Assembly: GCA_052387475.1 (NCBI GenBank)
Contig: JBQTJD010000018.1
Coordinates: forward strand, 1 to 37,723
Direction: 5' to 3'
Origin: Anaerolineales bacterium
GTDB taxonomy: Bacteria > Chloroflexota > Anaerolineae > Anaerolineales > UBA6663
DNA: 37,723 bases
How positions within the stretch are numbered: the stretch's first letter is position 1; every line of letters begins with the position of its first letter. The position numbers and the translations under genes were made by a program. The notes beneath the pieces were generated by a model that searched no databases, was not told the origin of the DNA, and saw only the letters and a list, made by a program, of their open reading frames with translations. Shown piece by piece: positions 8,328-15,937 of this stretch.

Positions 8328-10147
8328 ACCGCAAAGATGCCGGCGAACGCGTTCGCACCAGCGCAAAGGGTCTTCGCAAAGCTTTTCTTTGCGTCTGCGC
8401 GGTGACAGCTTTTTCCGCTTGCTCACTGGCCGAGGACATCACCCCGCCACCGGGCGCGACTCCGGCGGACGGCCTAAGCACAAGCGACGCCATCCGCTTA
8501 AGCGAAACGCAAAGCGTTTCGCCGCCCACCGCCGTTGCTGACCCGCTGGCCGTGCTCACCACGCTGCAACCCTCCGCCGAGATCGGCGCGCCGCTGTTCG
8601 CTCAACATTGCGCGGCGTGCCACGGCCCGCTGGGCAATGGCGATGGCGAGCAAGCCGCGCAGTTGCCCACTCCCCCGCCTAAGCTGTCGTCCGCCGACCT
8701 TGCCCGCATACGTTCACCGCGCGAGTGGTACGACGTGATCACGAATGGCCGCCTCGAAAAATTCATGCCGCCGTTCGGGCAAACGCTGACGGATGAGGAG
8801 CGCTGGCATCTCGTCGCGTTTGTGTACACGCTTAGCACGCCCCAATTGCAGATCGAGCAGGGCGCGACGATTTATGCCGCGAGCTGTTCGGAATGCCATG
8901 GGGCGGATGGAAAACAGGAACCGGATTTGACCAGCGCTGCCTTCGTCGCCGCGCGCACGCCCAGCGAGTGGTCGGAGGCAGTTGTGGCGAACGCTGCACA
9001 TACGGGCGCGGTAACTCTCAGCGAGGTTGAGCGGTGGGCCGTGGCCGACTTCGTGCGTGGCTTTGCGTTCGACTATCTGGCACCCGGCGCGACGCCGCCG
9101 GAGCGAACCGGCACGGTGGCTGGGCGCGTGACCAACGGCACGGCCGGCGCTGCGTCGCCGGATACGCTGGAACTGACTCTCTTCGGCGTTGAGGCCGACG
9201 GTCTTGTGATCACGCGTACAGCGACGACGCAGAGTGCCGGCGCTTTCGAGTTCACGGACGTGCCTTACACCGCCGTCCGGCAATTTGCGGTGAGCGCCAT
9301 GCACAACGGCGTCGCGTACTACAGCGAACTGTTCACGTTCACAGCGGGCCAACCTCGGCTCGAGCTTCCCCTCACGATCTACGACACCACGAGCGACCCG
9401 GCCAACCTGCTCATCAATCGCGCGCAGACGTTTATCCTGTTCGATGAGCCGGGCCTGGCGACGGTCGGCCAGCTCTTCTCTATCGGCAATACCGGCGACC
9501 ACACCTTCATCCCCACCCAGCGCAACGCCGTGCAATTCTCGTTGCCGCCCGACGCCACTGACTTCGCTGTGCCCGACGGCGAAGAAGGCGTGACTTATAT
9601 TCGCGTCGGCGATAGCTTCGCCGATTTGCGTCCGGTGCCGCCCGGTGAAGCCACGCTCGAAGTGCTAGTCTCGTATCGCTTGCCCGAGTCACTGGGATTG
9701 AATTTTTCGCAACCGATGCTTTATTCGATAAATGCTGCGACTGTACTGGTGGGTGATGCGACCGCGCAGTTGAGCGGCGCGGGCTGGGAGCGCAGCGGAA
9801 CGCAGGCTGTGCAGGGCACTCGTTTCACAACCTATGCGCGCCAGAACATTCCGGCCGGCGAACCGCTGGCCTTCTCCATCGCGCGTGGCGAGGCTGTGAA
9901 TGCTACCGGCATCGCCGCCGGCGCGGTGGCGCTGGCCGCGGTGGGCGCGACCATATTCATTTGGTGGCGCCACCGCGGGCGCGTTGAAGTGAATGCGCGC
10001 GAAAGACTGCTTGGTCAATTGGCCGCGCTCGATGATGATTTCGCTGAAGGCAAGCTGGCGAAGGAATGGTACGAGCAGCAGCGCACAGCGCTGAAGGGGA
10101 AACTGAAGGAAATCTGGGAAAACGAAGGAAAAAACAATTTAACGTAG
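8324..10147 (+). CDS. Diheme c-type cytochrome lipoprotein with large beta-rich extracytoplasmic domain and C-terminal TM anchor
   Basis: The TTG start at 8324 overlaps the upstream stop (TTGA). The lipobox is AFSAC. There are two CXXCH motifs, CAACH at 8609-8623 and CSECH at 8885-8899. A CarboxypepD_reg-like stretch (GTVAGRVTNGT...FEFTDVPYT) is followed by the TM helix IAAGAVALAAVGATIFIWW and a C-terminal helical tail. Confidence 0.75.
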   Translation: MNRKDAGERVRTSAKGLRKAFLCVCAVTAFSACSLAEDITPPPGATPADGLSTSDAIRLSETQSVSPPTAVADPLAVLTTLQPSAEIGAPLFAQHCAACHGPLGNGDGEQAAQLPTPPPKLSSADLARIRSPREWYDVITNGRLEKFMPPFGQTLTDEERWHLVAFVYTLSTPQLQIEQGATIYAASCSECHGADGKQEPDLTSAAFVAARTPSEWSEAVVANAAHTGAVTLSEVERWAVADFVRGFAFDYLAPGATPPERTGTVAGRVTNGTAGAASPDTLELTLFGVEADGLVITRTATTQSAGAFEFTDVPYTAVRQFAVSAMHNGVAYYSELFTFTAGQPRLELPLTIYDTTSDPANLLINRAQTFILFDEPGLATVGQLFSIGNTGDHTFIPTQRNAVQFSLPPDATDFAVPDGEEGVTYIRVGDSFADLRPVPPGEATLEVLVSYRLPESLGLNFSQPMLYSINAATVLVGDATAQLSGAGWERSGTQAVQGTRFTTYARQNIPAGEPLAFSIARGEAVNATGIAAGAVALAAVGATIFIWWRHRGRVEVNARERLLGQLAALDDDFAEGKLAKEWYEQQRTALKGKLKEIWENEGKNNLT

Positions 10148-10163
10148 AGACGAAATGAAGCAG

Positions 10164-10216
10164 AGACGCAAAGAAAAGCATCCCCTTGCGTCTTTGTTTC
10201 TTCGCGCCTTTGCGTT
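10164..10216. repeat. Junction palindromic element between the cytochrome c gene and ccmA (degenerate copy, opposite orientation)
   Basis: AGACGCAAAG (10164-10173) pairs with CTTGCGTCT (10185-10193). CTTCGCGCCTTTGCGTTG (10199-10216) resembles the right arm of the 7416-7486 element. Confidence 0.5.
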
Positions 10217-10230
10217 GAATCAGACTGGCA

Positions 10231-10923
10231 ATGATTGAGACTCGCTCGTTAGTCAAGACGTTTGGCCACAAGCCCGTGCTGCGCGGCATTGATCTGACGA
10301 TCAATGTCGGCGAGTGCGTGGCCCTCTTCGGGCCGAACGGCGCGGGGAAGACGACGCTATTGCGCGTGCTATCCACGCTCGCGCGACCCACGCTTGGCGC
10401 GGTCACCGTCGGTGGGCACAAACTGCCCACCGAGGCCGCCGCGGTGCGACGACGGCTGGGGGTGGTCGCTCACCAACCACTCGTATACGGTGATTTGACG
10501 GCGGAGGAGAACCTGCGCTTTTACGCGCGCATGTATCGCGTGGCCGGCGGCGCAATTGCGCCGCTCCTCGAACGGGTCGGCCTCGCGGCGCGGCGGCGCG
10601 ATTTGGCGCGGACGTTTTCACGTGGCATGTTGCAACGCCTCGCCCTTGCCCGCGCGTTGTTGCATGCGCCCGAGGTGCTGCTGCTCGATGAGCCATACAC
10701 CGGTCTCGACCCGGCCGGCGCGACGCTGCTCGATACACTGCTGCGCGAGTTGCGCGCCGAAGGTCGCACGGTGCTGATGACGACGCACGACCTCGCGCAC
10801 GGCTTCGCGCTGGCCGACCGCTCAATGGTGCTGAGCAAAGGCAAAATCGCCTTCGACGCGCGCCGGGATGAGATGAATGCGGATGAGTTTGCGAAACGCT
10901 ATGGCGCAATCGTCAAACAGTGA
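10231..10923 (+). CDS. ccmA: Heme exporter ATP-binding protein CcmA (ABC ATPase)
   Basis: It has Walker A (GPNGAGKTTLL), an ABC signature-like FSRGMLQRLALARAL, and Walker B (LLLDEPYTGLD). ccmB and ccmC follow immediately. Confidence 0.85.
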   Translation: MIETRSLVKTFGHKPVLRGIDLTINVGECVALFGPNGAGKTTLLRVLSTLARPTLGAVTVGGHKLPTEAAAVRRRLGVVAHQPLVYGDLTAEENLRFYARMYRVAGGAIAPLLERVGLAARRRDLARTFSRGMLQRLALARALLHAPEVLLLDEPYTGLDPAGATLLDTLLRELRAEGRTVLMTTHDLAHGFALADRSMVLSKGKIAFDARRDEMNADEFAKRYGAIVKQ

Positions 10924-11632
10924 ACAGTCGCCCGTTCGCACTGTTCACTATTCACCATTCACTGACTACTGGCGCTCCGTCGCCGCCGTGCTATGGAAGG
11001 ACTTGCAGGCTGAGTTCCGCAGCCGCGAGTTGATCAGCGCCATGCTGGTGTTCTCGTTGCTGGTCGTGCTGACGTTTAACTTCGCACTGCAACTGGATCG
11101 CGTGACGCGCGAGACGGTGGCTGCCGGCATCTTATGGGTGACGGCGGTGTTCTCGGGCACGCTCGGCCTCAACCGCAGTCTGGCCGCCGAGAAAGATCGC
11201 GGCTCGCTCGATGGGCTGCTCCTCGCGCCGGTGGATCGCAGCGCCATCTACTTTGGCAAGATGCTGGGCAACTGGCTCTTCATGCTCATCGTGCAGGCCG
11301 TGATCTTGCCTGTGTTTTCAATCCTGTACAATCTGCCGATGCTGCTGCCGCTCAATCTCGCGGTGGTGCTGATGGGGACGTTGGGCTACGCCGGGGTGGG
11401 GACGCTGCTCGCGTCGATGGCCGTGCACAGCCGCGCGCGCGATGTGATGCTGCCGATTCTGCTGCTGCCAGTGGCGGTGCCGGTGCTGTTGGCGTCGGTG
11501 CAGGCGAGCAGCGGCGTGCTGGCAAACTTGGAATGGAGCGAGTACGGCAATTGGTTTAATTTGCTGGTCGGCTACGACGCCATCTTCATCGCCGTCGCCT
11601 ATATGCTATTCGATTACGTTGTGGAAGAGTAA
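10901..11632 (+). CDS. ccmB: Heme exporter membrane protein CcmB
   Basis: The motifs LWKDLQAEFRSRE...FSGTLGLNRSLAAEKDRGSLDGLLLAPVDRSAIYFGKML and six predicted TM helices match CcmB. The start is ambiguous, with in-frame ATGs at 10877, 10883 and 10901, all overlapping ccmA. I chose 10901. Confidence 0.8.
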   Translation: MAQSSNSEQSPVRTVHYSPFTDYWRSVAAVLWKDLQAEFRSRELISAMLVFSLLVVLTFNFALQLDRVTRETVAAGILWVTAVFSGTLGLNRSLAAEKDRGSLDGLLLAPVDRSAIYFGKMLGNWLFMLIVQAVILPVFSILYNLPMLLPLNLAVVLMGTLGYAGVGTLLASMAVHSRARDVMLPILLLPVAVPVLLASVQASSGVLANLEWSEYGNWFNLLVGYDAIFIAVAYMLFDYVVEE

Positions 11633-11635
11633 GCC

Positions 11636-11670
11636 GTTTCGCATCGAATTGCGCGAAACAAATTCGATGC
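11636..11670 (+). promoter_or_regulatory. Intercistronic hairpin between ccmB and ccmC
   Basis: GCATCGAATT (11641-11650) and AATTCGATGC (11661-11670) form a perfect 10-bp inverted repeat. An alternative pairing is GTTTCGC (11636-11642) with GCGAAAC (11652-11658). Function is unknown. Confidence 0.35.
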
Positions 11671-11689
11671 AACATACTTGGAGTTTGAA

Positions 11690-12385
11690 ATGACCAACTC
11701 GTACCGCTGGCTCAAGTGGCTCAACCTCGGCACGCTGATGTTGCTGCTCATCAACACCGCGCTGATTTTTCTGTACGCGCCCACCGAACGCACGATGGGC
11801 GAGGTACAGCGCATCTTTTATTTTCATTTCGGCGCGGCCTGGATGAGTATGCTGGCATTCTTCGTCACCTGCGTGACCGGCATTGTGTATCTGCGGACAG
11901 GCCAAAGCCGCTGGGATCGTCTCGGGGCGGTCTCGGTGGAGGTGGGCCTGGTCTTCACGATGATGACCATCGCCTCCGGCTCCATCTGGGCGCGGCCGGC
12001 CTGGAACACATGGTTGACTTGGGATCCGCGCCTGACGACGTATACCATTGTGGCGCTGCTCTATGTAGCCTACCTCATGCTGCGTCAGGGACTTGAAAAC
12101 CCGGAACAGCGCGCGCGTTTTGCGTCCGTATATGGGATTGTCGGATTTGTCAGCGTGCCCATTACTTATCTTTCGATCTTCATCTGGCGCACCAACCATC
12201 CGGCGATCTTTGGCGCTACGGAAAGTAGCACTAAAATGGCGCTCTCCCCGGCGATGTATGTGGTCTGGGGGTTCGCCGTCGTCACGTTCCTGGCGCTGTA
12301 TGTATGCTTGATGGCGAATCGACTGCGGCTGCAACAGTTGGCCGAACGCGTTGAGCAGCTCAAAGCGCGCACGCTATCCGCGTAA
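11690..12385 (+). CDS. ccmC: Heme exporter protein CcmC
   Basis: It carries the WWD-type motif WARPAWNTWLTWDPRLTT and a conserved-His context, and is polytopic. The start is ATG 11690, 6 nt after GGAG. Confidence 0.85.
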   Translation: MTNSYRWLKWLNLGTLMLLLINTALIFLYAPTERTMGEVQRIFYFHFGAAWMSMLAFFVTCVTGIVYLRTGQSRWDRLGAVSVEVGLVFTMMTIASGSIWARPAWNTWLTWDPRLTTYTIVALLYVAYLMLRQGLENPEQRARFASVYGIVGFVSVPITYLSIFIWRTNHPAIFGATESSTKMALSPAMYVVWGFAVVTFLALYVCLMANRLRLQQLAERVEQLKARTLSA

Positions 12386-12395
12386 GGAGCCGGCT

Positions 12396-12554
12396 GTGGA
12401 AACGCCCGATACCTTCAACTATCTGCTGCTTGGTTATGGCGTGATGTTTGGCGTGCTGTTTTTCTACGCGCTCAGTTGGTGGGTGCGCAGCCGCAATCTG
12501 GAGAAGGATTTGGAAGTGCTGCGGTTGCTGGACGAAGAAGAGAAACAACAGTAG
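12396..12554 (+). CDS. ccmD: Small single-TM protein in the CcmD position (heme exporter protein D-like)
   Basis: The GTG start at 12396 is preceded by AAGGAG with a 7-nt spacer. The 52-aa product has one TM helix (FNYLLLGYGVMFGVLFFYALSWW) and a charged tail, and follows ccmC directly. It is assigned by size, topology and position. Confidence 0.55.
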   Translation: METPDTFNYLLLGYGVMFGVLFFYALSWWVRSRNLEKDLEVLRLLDEEEKQQ

Positions 12555-12584
12555 GCGCCTATCAACTTTCGATAGATTGATTTG

Positions 12585-12681
12585 TCGCCCTGAGTGCGAA
12601 CGCGCGGCCAATGCTGTTCAAGAGCTTCTCGCGCGAAACGGTTCAGACAAAAAGAAGACTCTTCATTCGCGCTCAGGGTGA
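12585..12681. repeat. Imperfect long-loop inverted repeat downstream of ccmD
   Basis: CCCTGAGTGCGAA (12588-12600) and TTCGCGCTCAGGG (12666-12678) are 12/13 complementary and separated by 65 nt. Confidence 0.55.
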
Positions 12682-12694
12682 CATGAACTACTTA

Positions 12695-12761
12695 AGGTGA
12701 CTGTCACTGGCGTTATGAGTTATGGGATTTCGTAGACCCCACTCGCCAGTGACAGTCACCT
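12695..12761. repeat. Long perfect palindrome, AGGTGACTGTCACTGG family, copy 2
   Basis: AGGTGACTGTCACTGGCG (12695-12712) and CGCCAGTGACAGTCACCT (12744-12761) are 18/18 complementary with a 31-nt loop. The element lies between the convergent ends of the ccm operon and the ECF operon. Confidence 0.85.
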
Positions 12762-12773
12762 GCAGCGATACGG

Positions 12774-14330
12774 TTACGGAACAGGTAACCCGCTGGCCGT
12801 ATCGAACACCACCATCGGCTCGGCGGCGCGAGCGACGAAGAGCCGCGAGCCATCCCAATTCGCGCCTAACCCCGCAATCTCACCCTCCACCCGTATTGGA
12901 TTGAGCACCGCGCCCGTCTTCGTGGAGTACGGCCACACCGTCTCGCCCGCGGCGAAGTACAACCGGCCATCCTTCGCCAACACAGCCCGCGCGGCGCGAT
13001 CAGCCGTTGTCGCCTCCACCGGGAAGCGTGCCTCGCGCGTCACTGCCATCACTCCGTTGTCCGGATCGAGCGTAACCTCAGCCACTGTGCCCAGCGCCGT
13101 GTTCGCCGCATACAGCGTCTTGCCATCCGGCCCGAGCGTGAGCGAATACTGTTTGAGCTCGTCGAAATCGCCATCGCCCGAGGGCAGGGCGATGCACACC
13201 GCAAACGACTGGCGCAGATTGAGCGCGTGCACGAAGGCCACCTTCCGGTTAAGGCTGAGATAGAGTGTTAGCAACCACTCGCCGTCAGGCGTGCCCACGC
13301 CGCTCCACGCGTAACCGGCCATGATCTCGTCGGCCCCTTTCGAGCGGAGCGGATCGGCCAACAGCGTTTCGTGCGAGAGATCGTACAGGCGGATGACGTA
13401 CTGATCCGACTGCTCGCCGCCGAGCCGCTCGATCAGAAACAACATCTTGCCATTTGCGGAGATGGCGTCAAACTCGAACTGACCGTCGAGGTGCAGTTCG
13501 TGCAGCGTTTCACCCAGCATGGTGTTTGCGATTTTGAAACTCGTTGTGGTCTGCGTTGCGCCGTCGGCATACGACGCCGTGCCCACTTGCGTGAAGACGG
13601 CGCTATCGCCGGTAGGTGACAGCCCGCTCAACGCCCAATCGTCCGCGGCAAACTCGTTGAGCATCCGACCCGTAATTGTGTCATGCACACTAGCGCGTCC
13701 GCTCTGCGCGGTCACAAAACGTTGACCATCCGCCGAGAGCAGACCAGCGGGCAGGCGGAACTGCTCATTGCCCACCGCGGTATCGTAGGCCACCAGCGGC
13801 CCGCGCTCGCCCTCGGGGCGCACGAAGAAAAAGTGCGTGGCCTCGGATTCAGGTGGACGGACTTCGACGACGAAGGTCAGCGCGCTTTCACCGGCGGTGG
13901 CCGTCACCTCCCAGCACCCCTCAGTCGGAAATGTAAGGCCGCCGACCTCGAAACCGGTGAAGTAACCGCCCGGCGAAAAGTATTCCAGCGGCGGCGCTTC
14001 GCCATCCAGCCGGCGTCCGATGATGGCGCTGCTTGCGCCCGCCGGGCGAATCCACACCAACTTGTTGCCACCCACGCTCATCGAGTGCAGCGGCATCCAG
14101 ATTGAGCGGTCGGCGTTGATGAACCATGGCCCGTTGCCGAACGGGTCGGCGTTAGGATCATCGGGCGCGGGCGTAGCAACGGACTCACTCACCGGGCATT
14201 CGAAGGCCACCGGCTCCACGCGGGAGGCGGCATCCGCCAGTGGCGTTTCCTTCACGACGACCGGCCCGGCTGCGGGCGACGCACACGCGGCCAGCACGGT
14301 CAGCAACAGCCCAAGCATCAGTTGTTTCAT
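12774..14330 (-). CDS. Exported lipoprotein with beta-propeller-type repeats (YVTN/PD40-like)
   Basis: AGGAGG lies 6 nt upstream of ATG 14330. The lipobox is LAACAS. Strand motifs recur (LSADGQRFVT, LSPTGDSAVFT, ISANGKMLFLI, LGPDGKTLYAAN, LAKDGRLYFAA, NWDGSRLFVA). The N-terminal roughly 170 aa are not recognised. Confidence 0.7.
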   Translation of the reverse strand: MKQLMLGLLLTVLAACASPAAGPVVVKETPLADAASRVEPVAFECPVSESVATPAPDDPNADPFGNGPWFINADRSIWMPLHSMSVGGNKLVWIRPAGASSAIIGRRLDGEAPPLEYFSPGGYFTGFEVGGLTFPTEGCWEVTATAGESALTFVVEVRPPESEATHFFFVRPEGERGPLVAYDTAVGNEQFRLPAGLLSADGQRFVTAQSGRASVHDTITGRMLNEFAADDWALSGLSPTGDSAVFTQVGTASYADGATQTTTSFKIANTMLGETLHELHLDGQFEFDAISANGKMLFLIERLGGEQSDQYVIRLYDLSHETLLADPLRSKGADEIMAGYAWSGVGTPDGEWLLTLYLSLNRKVAFVHALNLRQSFAVCIALPSGDGDFDELKQYSLTLGPDGKTLYAANTALGTVAEVTLDPDNGVMAVTREARFPVEATTADRAARAVLAKDGRLYFAAGETVWPYSTKTGAVLNPIRVEGEIAGLGANWDGSRLFVARAAEPMVVFDTASGLPVP

Positions 14331-14345
14331 CACACACCTCCTGAT

Positions 14346-15185
14346 TCATTGATCGGCGTTGATAAATGCCGCCAGCGCGTCAATCTCTGCCGCAGTCAAA
14401 TCCAGATTGGGCATCATGGTATCCGGTTTAATCAGTTTTGGATTTTGTAGCCACGCGCGCAGATACTCCGGTGTGGCAGTAAAGTCAGAGAGATCGCGGC
14501 TGGTGCTAAAGCTGTTGAAGTCGCCCAGTGCTTTGGCGCGCGCCTCGGCAACAGCGGTGTGTGCGTGGCACATGACGCAGCCTTTGGCGAGGAACAAAGC
14601 TTCGCCACGTTCGGCGGGAGTAGCGGCGGCGATAGCCGAGGGCGCAGACGGGCGCGAACTGACGGGCAGCGCGAACCCAACCACGGTGAGCATCACCGCG
14701 CCGAGCAATAGTGCGCCGGCCCAGACGCGTCGCGTGCGGATGAGGGCCACCAATCCGATGGCGGCCGCCCCGAGACCGAGGGCGCTCGCAATGGGAAATG
14801 CGTCCAGCGCAGAATCGCTCACAGCCGGCGCAACGGACTCACTCACAGTCAGAGTCGGCATCGGTTGCGGCAAGCCATCCCCTATGATCCATTCCCACTC
14901 GCCGGGGGCCGGCAGGGTCACCTCCGTCGTGTAACGACCGCCCTGGCCTGTGGCGAACACGGTCACGACGCGCTTACTCGCCCGATGCGTGAACGTGAGT
15001 GGAATCTCACCCCAGTCTGTGACGTGAATGCCGTGCTGGCGCATGGTGAACGTCACCGTGAACGGTTCGCCGGCGATGACGCGTTCGGGCAATTTGTCGA
15101 GCGTGGCCACTGCCCAGCCTCCGGCGAAGACGGGCGCGGCGAAGAGAAGCGTGCAGAGAACGATGAGGCTGAGACGGGTTTTCAT
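14346..15185 (-). CDS. Membrane-anchored monoheme c-type cytochrome with N-terminal Ig/FixH-like exported domain
   Basis: The start is ATG 15185, after AGGAGA. The signal peptide is MKTRLSLIVLCTLLFAAPVFAGG. A central TM segment (AALGLGAAAIGLVALI...LLLGAVMLTVVGFAL) is followed by a C-terminal cytochrome c domain with CVMCH and a distal Met (DTMMPN). Confidence 0.75.
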   Translation of the reverse strand: MKTRLSLIVLCTLLFAAPVFAGGWAVATLDKLPERVIAGEPFTVTFTMRQHGIHVTDWGEIPLTFTHRASKRVVTVFATGQGGRYTTEVTLPAPGEWEWIIGDGLPQPMPTLTVSESVAPAVSDSALDAFPIASALGLGAAAIGLVALIRTRRVWAGALLLGAVMLTVVGFALPVSSRPSAPSAIAAATPAERGEALFLAKGCVMCHAHTAVAEARAKALGDFNSFSTSRDLSDFTATPEYLRAWLQNPKLIKPDTMMPNLDLTAAEIDALAAFINADQ

Positions 15186-15315
15186 GAAGTCTCCTACGAA
15201 CATGCGTGACAAACTGCAACCGATATTCGCTGGCGATGGATGTCACTTCCCAATACACCACTGGTGTTGCGGCGCGGCCAACTCATCGGCGCACGAACTG
15301 GGTTGTCGCAAACTG

Positions 15316-15893
15316 TTAGTCAGTTGCGGCGGTGGCCGGGCGCGTAGGCGCAAGCTTGCGCGAAAACCGCCATCCGTAGAGCACCATCACGCCGAAGGCT
15401 GCAACCACGATGACAATCTGCGGCCAGACGGGCGCGGCGGGCTGCGTGTGTGCGGCTGCGCTCAGGCTTTGCAAAATGCGCTGCATCGCGGCCTCGCCCT
15501 CTGGCGTAGTGCGGAACCAGTAGCCCACGTTATGGCCCGGCCAATAGCCGATGGCCTCGGCGTAATACACGAAGCCGGGCCGCCTTGTGGGTCCGGGAAA
15601 TACACCACATGATCAAAGTCCAAATACGAACCGTCCTGGTTCTGAAAGAAACGGTGGAGGTTGTAGCCTTCACCGATCCCTTCGGGCACAGGGATGAAGG
15701 CGGTAAAGTCCATAAAGCCGTCAATGGTCATAGACTTCAGGAGCTCCGCGTCTGTGATGGAGGTCGTACCGTTGATGCCCGGGCCGGTGATTTCGAGTTT
15801 GGCAAAAGGCTCCTCGGGCCAGGCATAGGCGATGCGGGCGATGAGGGCGAAAAGCGCGAGCACAACGATGAGCGTCAGCGAGTATTTCTTCAT
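15316..15893 (-). pseudogene. Small exported, C-terminally TM-anchored protein interrupted by a 1-nt frameshift
   Basis: The two ORFs 15462-15893 and 15316-15570 join as ...HVVYFPDPQGGP/GFVYYAEAIGYWPGHNVGYW... if one base is restored in the GGG/CCC run at about 15577-15579. The 578-nt span is one base short of a multiple of three. The protein has a signal peptide (MKKYSLTLIVVLALFALIARIAYA) and a C-terminal TM helix (IVIVVAAFGVMVLYGW). Confidence 0.6.
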
Positions 15894-15937
15894 AGCGCTG
15901 TCCTTTCGACGACAATTACAAGCATCAGTTGTTTCAT
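15890..15937 (-). other. 15-codon mini-ORF (MKQLMLVIVVERTAL) with strong SD, ATGA-coupled to the downstream gene
   Basis: The start context GGAGGTGTGATG duplicates the ribosome-binding site and first six codons of the propeller gene (15919-15946 versus 14312-14341). Its TGA (15892-15890) overlaps the ATG at 15893-15891. Confidence 0.3.
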
